From: Yuukianura sp. NJ FZ-2021
Lineage: Eukaryota
Assembly: GCA_046563655.1 (NCBI GenBank)
Contig: CM102289.1
Location: 8,122,001 to 8,186,000, forward strand
Direction of reading: 5' to 3'
DNA: 64,000 nt
Positions 33,901 through 46,500 of this stretch are shown piece after piece. A program made the position numbers and the translations under genes. A model generated the notes under the pieces. It ran no database searches, was not told the origin of the DNA, and saw only the letters and a list, made by a program, of their open reading frames with translations. Positions within the stretch are counted from its first letter, which is position 1; every line of letters starts with the position of its first letter.

Positions 33901-36900
33901 ACATTGACCAGGCAAAGGTTCCGTCGCAAATGGGATGTAGCGATGCGTGGTTGATGTCATTTACCTGCGAATATGAAAAAATTGAGGTTGAGTAAGAATT
34001 TCAAGTTTTTTTTTGTTTTTTTTTAAAGTGGTTTAAATTTTTTTCGCAACCTTCAAAAGCGGATGGTCGCCGATGAATCTGACGGAGCAAAGGTGAATGC
34101 TGTCGTCAAGGTCATGAGAATCTTTATCCATGAAACAGTTGATATTGAATCGCTCCATGGTCATCAAGTAAGGTCGAATTGTGACCTGGATGTCAACGGA
34201 CTCTTGACCTTGAATCGTCACTGACGATGGAGAGACAATAATTGATCTTGGATCGTAGTTTTCCAGCCATTGTTCATGAATGGCCTTTAAATAAAGAGGA
34301 ACGACAGCGTTTCCTTTGTTTGTGACGGTGAAAGTCTTTGTTTGACTTGAAAATAGCTCCACCAAATCGTAGTCCAGAACTGCTGGAGAAGCCTGTAAAA
34401 AAACAATTTCCATCAAAAAAAGAAAAGTTTTGAAATTTTAAAGGTGTGATAATTTGCGAAGTTTGTTTACCAGAAGTTGGCAAGTATCTGAGAATCCATA
34501 TACTGGAAACTGGAGCTCAAAATGTGGAAGTCGTTCTCTGGGTTCAACATGACCACGCTGGACATTGAAAATGCATTTCCAGAACTGCTTATACTGGACA
34601 AGTTCCAGTGGTCGAAAAGTCCACGTGACCTCGACAAATTCATAAGGCTGGACTGTACCCTCGGAAGGCTTGGCGCCAAAAATGTCTTTGTCAGCGATTG
34701 ACGTTTCACCATCGTCGACTAACGCAAACGCGTAGCTACCGAGATGAAATTCAAAATTTTGAATTCAGGTATTTGAAATTAAAGTTTGGGAAATTTTTGA
34801 GTTGTTAAAAATCTAAACTTACTTGCAGTAGTATCTAGTGGGATTGACCAGTTGGATGACAATAGACGATTCATAGTAGGGAACAGTCATGGGAAACGAA
34901 AGTCCATCACTTGTTCCGTCCATGCCCGGGTCTTGGTAACATCGAATGATGTCAATCCGTGGTAGTTCAGCCAATCCGCACAGTGAGATCTAAATTTTCA
35001 AAATTTTGAAACATTTTTGGCAAAATATGAGTTTGAATTTGGAGTTTTTCAGCTGTTACCTTGTTTCTGTCGGTGACATTCAGAAGGACGTTGGAATTTT
35101 GAACGTAAACGAGTGAGTGTGGCGACGTTGGCAGCATCGTGACGAGGGCCAACTGATGAAAATGTCCAGGAATTACGCCTTTGTTTGGCTTCATACGGAA
35201 CACTCCATGCCTGAAAATGGAAAAAGTGTAAGTTTTTTGAAAAATTTTGAAATATGAATTCTGAATTTCAAGAAGTTTTTTGGCTGACTCCTCAATTGAA
35301 GTAGAATCAAACTGGACAGGAAAATCGCTGTCGTTTTTCAGGTAGATTGTACGACAGATTCGGTTCAGAGGCCAAGTAACGTCCATGAGGACGCGACGCG
35401 GGAGATTGAAATTGGTCACCGGCGGAGGTTTCTGGAAAGTGTGACCTGTAAACACAATAACCGCGGACATGTTAAAATTCTACTGTTTTTGGTCACAATG
35501 CTCTGGATGTTGAAGTTTACCCAAAACACGAAGAGTAAGACACAAAGGAAGTCCAAGTTGTTGTGGAATTTGACAATTTTGATCTTCTAGGGCTGTGGCA
35601 TCCTCAGTTCCATCTTGGGTATTGGCAGCATCCTGGTCTTGGAATGTCGGAATTTCTTCGACGAATGGAATCGGCTCGAGCTGGGTCATCTGACTATCGT
35701 CGGAGTGCAGAAACGCCAGATTGACGATGAACTTGAAATAGGATTCGACTGGTGCTTCAGTTGCAGCGTTTTCAACGACTTCCGGAACTGGTTCAGGAGC
35801 GACAGTTTCAGGTTCAATAGCAATTACTGCTGGTGGTTCAGTTTTTTCTTCAGGAACTGCTTCTTGTTCAGTGATTCGCGGAAGAAGTGTTCTTGACTTC
35901 TTTGTACTTCCAGAACGCGATTTGCGGGAAGCTCTGCCTGGTACGGAGTGCTTCTTGCGTGACGGTCTACTTTTGATTGGGTGATTGTTCAAACCAATTG
36001 AATTTGGAAGTATTTGTTCAGCATCGACTTGAATATGCTGAGATTCTTCTTCAGCTTCCTCCGCTTCTTCTTCTTCTTCCTCCTCTGAAACTGCTGACGA
36101 TGGAGCCGAAACAGTAGTGACATGGACAGAGGCTGGAGCAGGCTGGACAAGAGCCCAAGGTGGACCAAATTCTGGAGGCCAGTTGTATTCAATGGGATGA
36201 ATGAAGAATTCCAAAAGACCGCTGTAAAAAACGTTTGGAAAATTCGGACAGAAGGAGACTTTGAACAAAGTCGAGCGATGTGCTGGAAGAATTGCACTTT
36301 GTGGACTGACGACAAAGACTTCAGAGGCATCTACCATAAATGACAAGCAAAAATAAAATTCGGTTTTGGCATTTTGAAATTTTGAAGAATTTAAACTGGC
36401 CTTGAGTCCATTCCACAATTACGTCGTAAGGTAAGCTACTACTCAAGCTAAGTGGTTCGTAGTCCCCAAGCACATTTCGATCAGGTTCGTGATATCCAAA
36501 GTCAATTTGATCTGAACTGAGAGTGATTCCCCAAAAGTGAGAACTTTCCAAATACTCGTCATTTCTAAATCAAAAATTTCAACAAAGTTCAGAATTTTGG
36601 AATTTTACAAAATCAGGAAACTGAGGAATTTTTCCAATTTTGCTACGTGAGTGAAGGTAGTGGCAAAAACTGTGTTTTGAATGACGAAACTTCAAAGCCA
36701 ATTCCAGTCACTGGAGCAAGAAATGGCCGCGGTACACAAACACCAAACAGGTCAAGGTGTTGTGGTTGCTAAAATTTAAAAAAATTAAAAAAAAAAATCA
36801 AAAGTCAAAAATTTCTAAACAGTTAATATTTTTGTTTGAAGAGTGCTGTACTATACCTGATGTAAAACTAGGCAAATGATACGTTTGTAATAAGCTTGAG

Positions 36901-37846
36901 GCTTTGGCGCTCGAAAAGTCAGTTCCAGTTTCAGTGTCGTTTGTGGTGGAATCACTCCAGCAGTAGGACAAACCTGGAATTAAGCAAATAACAATTTTGA
37001 AAATTGAACATGAATTTGAAATTTTTGAAAAATTTGTACTCGAAATGTGCTTTTGTTGTTGTCAACGTCGAACTGAAACTTGGCTTCACAATCCGACAGA
37101 TTGATGAGCTTAACTCCGCGTTTCGTTTCATCTCGGTAGTATTGTCCGCCAAAGTTGATTTGATTTTCACTAAAGCAAACTGCTGGACCTGAAACAACAT
37201 ATTTTCCAAAATTATGTTTCGTTTAGCCTTCAAATGTTTTTGATTTTTTAGGAATCAAAGCGGAACTAAGCTCACCGAAAGTGTCACCGCGGCAGTTCAT
37301 CCGAAGACGAGCTCCGGCAATTCCACCAATACAGAGGTCAAGCGACTGCGCATAATGCATTCCAGGCAGCTCAGGTTCAAAATAAACCCGAAAACTTCTT
37401 GAATTCCTTTGATTTCTGTCTTTGCCACCACCAGTTCCGCCTGCGCATGACGGAAGAGAAGCAGGCACTGCAAAGCGAAATGCAGAGTCGATCGGGACAA
37501 CATTTTCTGGATCCTCCGTCACTTCAGCAGGAACGTTCTGTAAAGTGACAAACATTATTTTCAAAAAAGTTAAAAGTTTCATTTCAAAATTTCAATTTTT
37601 TGACAGGTTCCTTACCCCACTTTTTGAAACCAGAATGACTTCACGGAATTTAATGGAGTCAACTGGGACACTTCCGAAATCAATTGCAGCTCGAGTTGGC
37701 TCACCATCATCGGTAAGCTCAATTACGATTTTCTCAAGAGACTTGTTTGACTGAACTGCACGAGCATTTCGGCGACAGTAACAGAAACCACTGTCGTCTC
37801 GAAATTCGTCAGAAGCTGTGGAACTAAACACTAGTTTTACGCTCAT
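30950..37846 (-). CDS. CFAP65: Cilia- and flagella-associated protein 65 (multiple ASH/Ig-like domains), many exons
   Basis: Repeated DFG...N motifs (IDFGSVPV, FNFPPAPLGSE...LSNKG, WLYNGGTVP); YYKRIICLVLHQ..PQHLDLFG; F-x-V-x-F-x-P; C-terminal EVLFNLLAE. Exon boundaries and start are approximate. Confidence 0.8.
31669..31799. mobile_element. Short Tc1/mariner-like MITE in a CFAP65 intron
   Basis: TA-flanked; left end CAGTG; perfect 19-bp IR taaataagcaactaaaaac / gtttttagttgcttattta. Confidence 0.6.
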
Positions 37847-38023
37847 TTCAAACCGGTATTGCCGAAAAGAAAAACTTTCCAGAAAAGTGATGAATTTTCA
37901 GAGCTGAAACTTTTCTGGAACGTTTTCGGTCAAAACGAACTTCTCCTTCTCTGCTTTTTCTCAAAAAAGTTGGTTCTTTACGAAACAACAAACATCGCGT
38001 CAGTTTTCTAACATTGTTTTGAA

Positions 38024-38037
38024 GTTCCCGTGGTAAC
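38024..38037. promoter_or_regulatory. RFX X-box GTTCCCGTGGTAAC upstream of CFAP65
   Basis: Good X-box match ~180 nt upstream of the inferred ATG; forkhead-like ACAAACA at ~37988-37994. Confidence 0.7.
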
Positions 38038-38119
38038 AGAAATGTCGTAATGGTGGGAAACAAAAAACTATGGTCACTGATTTTATTATGGCGAAATTCG
38101 AAATTATCCATTGCTGGCT

Positions 38120-39441
38120 TCATGATCTAAACATTGCGATGAATTTTTGGTGAAAAACTTCCGTCCTTTCCCAAGATGTAGTCAGTTTTAAATTTCCCTC
38201 CTTAGCCAGGTCCAGCAAAAACTAATGAAAAAGTTACAAAATTGTTTTAGTTGCTGGCAAAATGGTGTAGGTATTGCAAATTTTGAAATTTTCAGTCAGT
38301 TACGGAATTTGAGAATGTAGCTTCCGGATCAAGGTGCCATTTCAACGGGACTTCCATTCCTATGGCACTTCGCACTGCTACTGTCATCTTGTTGTCCTTG
38401 CCAATAACCATTCCGGAATTTCTAAATCCAGATTCGGTCGCAATGTTGACCTGAAAGACGTTGAAATGTTTCATGTTTAGTCAAAATATAATCCGATGAT
38501 TATTTATTTGTTGCCTACCAACGTCTTGGCTCCCTGCAGCGTTCGACATTGTATATGAAAAATGCTAGGTTCAATTTTGAAAGTGACATTTGTTCCCACC
38601 GGAACTTGAGTCCAAGCTGTCAGGAAGTCGGTCGGTACGACTTCATCGTGCGTGACAAATAACCACCGACATCCCTTCTTCCTCGTCTTTGTTCCGGATG
38701 TTTCCGCTGTTGCAGCATTTTCCGGTAAGGCATGTGTATCTCCCAAGGCCTCTTCTGTTTGTTCTGGATCCTTAAAAGCAGATATGACAGTCAGAAATTT
38801 TTAGAATGGTGTCAAAAGATTCGTTTTTGTTAAAATTATGGAACGATTTTCGAACGATTTTTCTCCGGGGCGGCACCATCTAGCGGAATAGGGGTTAGTA
38901 AAAAAAAGGAGAACTAATTATTGTACTAAAGTTATAAAAATATGCTTTAAAATATTTTTAGAACTTATAAAAAATACAATAATTAATTTGACATATTTAG
39001 TTAGTTAATTAGTGGTGTGTTAAAATTGTTCATTTTTTTTTGACAAGTGATGCCCAGCTCTGCCTTGGACGAGAGGGTGCAGTGCGGAGCTTTTAGAACA
39101 ACCGGATCTCCGCTCTTTCATAAAAAATGGGTCTTTTTTTTGTTTACTTCACTTTTCCTCCTACCTGCGAAAGTTTTCGCTCAATTCCCGTTAATTTTAA
39201 CTATCAATTAAGTTTTAATTGTTACTTAACTTACGTGTGTGAATAGTATAGCTCGTCCAGAACAAGAACTGGTTGTGAAGAAGTCTGAGTTCCGGTTAAT
39301 CTCTTCAACAAGACTCAATATCCTGATGTCGACGGATCCTTTCCGGCTTTTGTCACCCACTTGTTGCTCATCTTCATGAAAGGTAAGTCCTTGTCTTTTA
39401 CGATTATCTTCAAAGTGAACGTTGATAAGATCGTGACTCAT
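38120..39441 (-). CDS. TYW3: tRNA wybutosine-synthesizing protein 3 (4 exons)
   Basis: DKSRKGSVD; FFTTSSCSGR; KGCRWLFVTH; FKIEPSIFHIQCRTL; SGFRNSG; VAVRS..MEVPL; ends FIAMFRS*. Confidence 0.93.
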
Positions 39442-39982
39442 TGATTACCGGTACACTTGTTCGCACCACTAGTTTAGTATGACGATTATCGTCAGTTGAT
39501 TACTAGATCTTTTGATCTTGGAAACTTTAGCAAAAGGTGTTCTTGATCTTGTGTTTCTGTTTTGGGGTGTTTGTTGTGAAATTGACATAAAGCTCGGAGA
39601 ACTGACATTTGAATCATGCGCTACTCTACTTAAAGTAGACTCTTCTTTTGAGAATTACTATGCTTATCTGTTGACAAATCCAGTATCCAGTGTCTTTTGT
39701 TATGTCAAACATCATAACCTTTGTTAACTTAACGCAAGGACACCGCAAATGTCGGATTGGGATTATTGTAAAGAGAAAGGTAAAACTGGAGAAAAAACGG
39801 ATTTCATTTGCTTTATGATATTTAAAATAGAAGTTGACTTTTGGCAATTACATGTCTAAGCACAATGGCAGCATCAGAGTAATTAAGTGTCAAAAATGAT
39901 GTAAGCCTCTCTTTTAATTGAACTTTATATGCAATTGCAACAAGGGAACATCAAAGGCGCTCAATTTCTAGTGAATCATTTG

Positions 39983-40825
39983 CAGAGGGGCAAAAAATAT
40001 GTTGTTACAACCGGTGAAATATGTATTTAAATATGTACTAAAAAACAGTGAAATATTTATTAAAATATTTTTTTTCACGAAATATTTTTTTTATTTTCGG
40101 GTCTTAAAATACCATATTTCTCGGAAAAGTACAAAATATACGTATTTTATGGATTATGCGGGTGTACTGCACGTGTAATCCAGCTGTAGTGCTAAAAAAA
40201 ACAGCCGACTTTTTGCGTTTTACACAATTTTTTTTCCAATTTTGATCCAATTTCTTTGAAAAAATTGGACAATTTTTAGATCACCCTAGAGCAGTGTTGC
40301 TGGACGTCCACTTTTATGACATTTCGTCCAGTGGATAATATATTTCATCCGGTTTTACCCGGATGAAATGGCTGAATAAAATGGATAGAAATGGATACAT
40401 CCGGATACTTCCACCTAATTTGTTAATTTGGGCGGAAGAAATATTTTGTCCATCAAGCAATATTGCCTAGACTAGGTTTTCCAACGTATGCGATTTTGTT
40501 GGAAAAAATTAAAGTTGTATAAAATATTTAAAGTGAAAAATTGCATTTCCTGGGGTACATTTCACAATTCGAAAATAATTCATTTTTAGTCAAGATGTCG
40601 CTTGCGGAACTTGCGGAAAACATAACGTAAACTAAATACCTCCACTCACACTCTTGGCAAAATTTGCCTAAAATGTCCAAAATTGTTAAAATTTTGCCGA
40701 AAATGCCTCCTTTTTGGCAAATTCTACGAATATTTTCCTAAATATTTTTTATATTTTTTTTCGAGAAATATTTTTTTAAAATATAAAAATATGTAATATG
40801 TAAGAAAATATGTTTTGCCCCTCTG
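39983..40825. mobile_element. Non-autonomous hAT-type DNA transposon (MITE)
   Basis: TIR cagaggggcaaaa / ttttgcccctctg (17/18 when extended); perfect 8-bp TSD atcatttg at 39975-39982 and 40826-40833. Confidence 0.9.
40292..40465. mobile_element. Probable small hAT-like MITE nested in the previous element
   Basis: Ends cagtgttgc / gcaatattg; both flanks contain cctaga (imperfect TSD); internal ATCC/GGAT repeats. Confidence 0.5.
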
Positions 40826-42885
40826 ATCATTTGTTTTCTTATCGCTCTTCCGCAAACGCAGATTGTGGAATTGTACTTAATTCGATTTCCTGCAATGCAT
40901 CACGTTTGTTCTCATGAAGCTACCCTAACACTAATAAAAGTATAATAACGTTAACGTTTGATATTGAATAAGAACAAGTTCTTATTCCAAATGACTTTGT
41001 TGTTGATCTTCAAAGTGTTACATAAGAAAAGCAAAGGAAGAGTTCTGTTTTGCTTACTGAGAATGATAATGAGTGTGTAGTTGTGTATATTTGGCATGTA
41101 ATACTTGCCAAGTACCCTAGTCCTATCTTCCCATTAAGAACCAAAGATCATTATTACTATCCTCTAGATTATTACAACTATACTTTCCGATTCCAAATGA
41201 TGAAGGTGATGTGTCTTAAGTCTTTGTGAAGTTCATCTTGGCGTAGTAAATGCCAAAAGCTTAAAGTGTATCTATTCTCTCCTACTTAACTTATCTTGTG
41301 CGAGGCTCTTCTTACCCCTAAAACCTCTGAAGATGAGCTTCTAAACATCTTACATCTCTGAATAGGTTTTTAAAGTTGCTTGCCTTGGAGCCAACCTGCA
41401 CAGAATTGAAGTCTGGGGAGGGTGGGTGAAAATGTTTTAGTACAAGTGAAGTGCGAAGCTCCTCGATTGTAACACACAGACTTTTAAAAGTTTCCTTTTC
41501 CCTTTAGTTCTATTCTGGCCCTCTTCCCGTAACGTTTACAGTAACAAGTTTACGTTTCTTGAATAATTCAGGAAGGTCTGTACTTGGAGGAAGGAGGAGG
41601 AATTATTAGTGCTTTTGCGGCATTTTTACGTTGTACCTAGTGAATTGTGTGCAAACAAATTTTTGTGCTAGTGTGAATCAATATCCGGAATTCTTTTTCC
41701 TTTGCATCATTTTTTTCGGAAATTTTGGAGTTTTGCATAAAAGCAAAAAAGTGGAATTTGCTTTTTGCTGGAAGTTTGGTCTCACTTTGCCCTGGGAGTG
41801 AACTTGAGGCTTACAAAATTGACTAAAAAGTCAAACGGTATTAAGTTATACACTGCCAAGAATTTTTTGATTCTGGTGGGCCAAGATTCGGTACCAGAAA
41901 AAAATTTTATTGGTCGTTGGAAGTTTACAGTAACAGCAGCAAATGTAAAAAAGTGAAGTAAAGTGCAAATGGACATTTTAACTCTTTTGTGTGTTGGACT
42001 ATAAAAGTACTTATTGAACTTTTTCATTCATGGAAAACGCCTCTTCTTTTACGGAGGACACTATAATGGATAATGTCAAGTTCAAGAGTTATTAGGTACG
42101 TACAGTGTACAGTATGATTCATAAATTTAAGTTGTAGTGGAAGTAGAAGAGCCCATAACTTTAAAAATTCACAATTTCAAGTTTCTGCGTTTTGGCACTG
42201 CTATTCAGAAATTTCAATTTTCACCAAGCCTTTGCCAACGACGTGAAAAATTTTATGAGGACTTGGAATGCAATAGCGCAAAAGTGGAAGAACGCGGTTT
42301 ATAGCCGATTTGACCTAACTTACTTAATCTGCTGCTGGCGATTTTGTTGTGCGCAAGTTCAATTGGAATGTTGGTTTGAATGTGTTTGATTAAATTAAAG
42401 TTTACCGGGATGTTTGTTGTGTTTCAGTTTGACTACGTGAATCAAAGGGCTTAATCTCGTTCGTTTTTATGAGATCACTCGAAAACATGGTCCATTTAAT
42501 GTTGTATGAAATCATAAAAGTTGATGTAGAAGCAGGATTTAAGATTAGAGGAGGATGAGATGTCGTTTTTTGTGTGATGATGCATCTTTGAAATTACAGG
42601 AATTGACCATCACCATGCCTTGTCTGGTGTGTTTTAGATTGGTCACTCTTTTTGCATGTTTTTTACGTGCTTCGTAACTGAATTTTTGCCAAAAATGGTT
42701 TTGAGGTAAGAGAGACCGGGGATTAGGGAAGGAAATTTTGAGTTTCCAAAAACTCGTCGTTTTCCCGTTGCAAATTGCAATGTAGCCTTTTATAGTGTCC
42801 ACTGCCGCTTGATTTTAGTTTTACGACGATTTTAGTAAATATGTAGTAAAGTAAAAACATGGTTCAACATTTAGGTTGTTGGACA

Positions 42886-43587
42886 TAGGGATGTTCAAGT
42901 TCCATCCGGTTTCGTTTCCTCAGAGAAACGGAAACGGAACCGGAACCGACCTTCCCAAATTGGAAACGGAACCGGGAAAATCATGTAGAAACCGAAACGA
43001 AACCGGAACGGAACCGAAACGAAACCGGAACCGAGTTTTTTTTAAGATTATTATTTCTTACTTTTATTAATTCGCGTAATACTTCGCAACAGCCTTATCA
43101 ACAACTGTCTCTTGTGAAAGCAATCCCAAGAAACATTTTTCGCCGCGATAATAGCCTAATTCAGACTAATGCACTCAGTAAGTACACTGTCGCTGTCACT
43201 GTCTGAAGTGTGAACTGAAAAAATTGACGGAGTTGGTTCCATTATCTTATTAATTACTGAAAACTAACTAGAAAAATCGGAGGAAAGTCATAGCCAGTAT
43301 AGTTGTGATAATACTAGATACTCAATTGGTCTACGAATAACTGTAGCGGTTGAGTTGGAGCTTGTTTTGATTTTACAAACATTTAAAATTCCCGCAAGGC
43401 GTGAAAATTTTTGACTCACGGGTTCCGGTTCCAATCCGTCAGGAAACCGGACAATTCAACAATGGAACTGGAACCGAAACCGAAACGGAACCGGGTGTTC
43501 GGTTCCAAAAAATCATGGAACCGAAACCGAAACGAAACCGGAACTTAGAAAAGTTCCAGTTCCGAAACCGAAACTTGAACATCCCTA
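42886..43587. mobile_element. Non-autonomous hAT (Ac/Ds-like) MITE, 702 bp
   Basis: Perfect 16-bp TIR tagggatgttcaagtt; perfect 8-bp TSD gttggaca (42878-42885, 43588-43595); subterminal AACCG/AAACGG arrays. Confidence 0.93.
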
Positions 43588-46500
43588 GTTGGACATTAGA
43601 CATTTTTGAAAATTTGCCTCAACAAATTTAGAAATGCACAATTTCAAATTTAACATTGAAAAATTTGTTGAGAGTTGAAGTTTTTTGGATGCGGTAATTT
43701 TCAAATGTGTTATTATTTGTGTTGAGAAACGTGACCCCGCCCTTCTGTCAATTCATCAAGTTGATCATGTGACTTTTTTTTGACGTTTTCATAGTAATTT
43801 TTTATCATGTTACCGTAAAAAGACAACGGTGAGATCTCAAGTGCCATTTGATATTTCTGTTTCGTCACTTTTGTGTGTTTTCGGACAACATTTTTTGGCA
43901 AGAGTCAACTGACTGGTTGGTTATTAAATTTTGATGCCGCTGGTTTGGTCATGTTACTTAACAAGTATAAAATTTATACTTATAAAAGACAGGGTGGAGA
44001 TACTTTTTGGATGCTTGGGCAGTATTCTTGTGTGCTCTCAATTTTTTCGACCGAATCCTATTACTTTCTTTATGGCTTTGACTTTACATGTACAGTAACA
44101 ACTTTTGCCAAGTTGTTTTTCTGTTCTTTTGTATATCAAGTTTCAGATTAATTTCTTTTTCTATTCTGTTTATGACTGAAAAGCTCTTTCTGATTAGACT
44201 TGTATTCTCACCTTCTTAACAAAACGAGAAATACTGGATTGTAAGAGGACTGTCGCTACTTGCCTATTGCCTAGCTACTAATGTGGCATAAGGACTTGAT
44301 GAAATGGAAAACATTTTATTGACTGAAAATTTCTCTGTCTCAAATTTCAATTTTTCAGGTGAAAAAGTTAGTGTCATGCTCAGAATTTCGCGTCAAACTT
44401 TGTTCTGCGAACCACCAATTTCAATTTCGCCGAAATGAAATTCAATCCGAAATTACATATTTATTATGCATGTATATAATTTCGGATTGAATTTCATTTT
44501 TTGAATTACACTGTGCGTATTGTTTAATGAATGGAGTGTTGCTAGTGAAAGATGGAAAAGACTTATGCCTTTTGCGGCGACTTTCTGACTTTTGACATGT
44601 TTATGGCAACATACTTCCTTCAACTGCATATTGTTCATATTATAATATGAAGTTTTTATATTCAGTGTATTTTATATTATTATGTAGTACATATTTTATT
44701 TTGGTGAAATAGTCATAACTTGTGGCCATTTTCACACAATATAAGTTAACGACATGTGAAAATTGAATCATGGTTTCCCATGACGTAAATTTACCAAGTG
44801 TTGAAACTGGTTCTGGGTTTCTTTTCGCAGGCGCAGTACATACATGGTTTTAGTATATTGTAGAAACGAAGTAGTGGACAAAAGAAGTTATAAAAAAAAT
44901 TGTAGAACATTGAATTGAATGTGTAGGAGGGTGGATTTATATTTTTATTTGCTAGTAGTAGCATGTTATGTGGTTTTACTTTACTTTGTGAGGACATTTT
45001 GTTGTTGATTCAAGTCCAAATACAGGGCACAGGGGAATTATAGGAGTGTTGGAAACTGCAAATAACAGGGCAGCAGTGGCAGTGGTCAGCCAGCCATGTT
45101 GTAAGCTTCCTTGACTTCCCATTTCCTCTTAACTGACTTTTCAATTGTACAAGTTCCACAGTAGTTGCACTTTTTTTGTACGGAAAAATCAGTGAGTGGT
45201 AAGTGCATGTAGAAAACAGTTACTGCATTAGTTTCACCAGTTTCAGTGTTTTTTGGTGATTTTTATTTGGGCCATTTGGAGGGTTTTGTGTTGCGGTACT
45301 TGAGTGTATACTTGGTATGTGATAAAGTATTCACAGATTTTGAATTCAAAGGTTGCCGCGCTCTGTGACTCGACCTGGGGTCAGGAAATCAGTGGGGGCA
45401 ATGTCTCTTTTGACTAATTGTTGAGTCGTTTCGGGTAAAAACAAAAAAATGTGAATGTGAGCTAAAAGTTCAGTTTTTGGTGACACTTTTGGGTTGTTTT
45501 GCGGTAAAAGTTTTGATTTGTTTGATCATTCATTTGACCTAATTTTGGAAATTTTTGAGTGGATTAGGATTAATTTGCGTCGTACAAGTTTCAAGTACTT
45601 GTGAGTTTTTGGTACAACGTAGGATTATGAACGGAATGGAAAAATTATTCAATGAGGATTCAAAAAAAGACGTTCGTAATTTTGAATTGAAATTTTGAAT
45701 GAGGGTTAAAATGTTTTTAGTGTTTAGCCAATTCATGAGTTTGGATTTGGGCCAAGAAAATTTAAAATATTCCGCCTTTTGGTTGTTTCCAAAGTGGGAG
45801 TTTCAAAAGCGGGACTAAAACAAAGAAAAATGGGGTTGTTCTACTAACGTTTAGTTTTTAGTCAATTGTCCGATGTCCACTACATAGTAATTAATTGTGT
45901 CGGTAGTTGTTCAGGTTACAAAGTGACTTTTTTTGGAAGATGAAGATGAGCATGAGATTAGGTTACAGATTTGAAGTTTGTTTCTAAAAGTAGTTACGGA
46001 CGGAGTTGGAATTACAAAGGAGGGAATTGACGGACGATTTGTCACTGTGATTCCCGCCTCCATCCACTCCCGTGTAATTGTGTACTTTTAGTAGGAAGCA
46101 AGTTTAGGTTTTTGGTAAATGACGGATGTCCGAATGTTACAAAGCTTGATGTGATTTCAAATTCTATTGTTAGAGAGAGAGAAAAAATGTAATGTTTTTA
46201 AAGTTCATTTTTGAAAGATTAGGTTTCCAAAGCGTAGATTAAGCATGAGACTGAACCTACAATGTGTTTGATTGATTAGTCTGTAGCCGAAACTGTCTAT
46301 TACAAATGTACATTAATCTACTATGTAATGTTATGTTAACGTTAGATTTGATTTCAAAGCGGGAATGATTTTTTTCAAGTTCAATTCCCATGTGGATGTT
46401 CATCTGACCGCCAAAGAAGAACTTTAATTTAAAGTTCCTTCCTGCTTTATACTTACAATTTTAACTCACTTATGAATCCTACGGTGCGTCAATTAGATGC

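Noticed and set aside
39045..39170. Structured RNA (SECIS or snoRNA) or alternative terminal exon in TYW3 intron 1
   Set aside because: A GCGGAG/CTCCGC stem exists, but the SECIS GA quartet and C/D or H/ACA boxes are missing. The CAG|GTAGGAGGAAAAGTGAAGTAA mini-exon has no independent support.
42876..43631. ORFs rich in RNRN/TETEP
   Set aside because: Translations of the MITE subterminal AACCG repeats.
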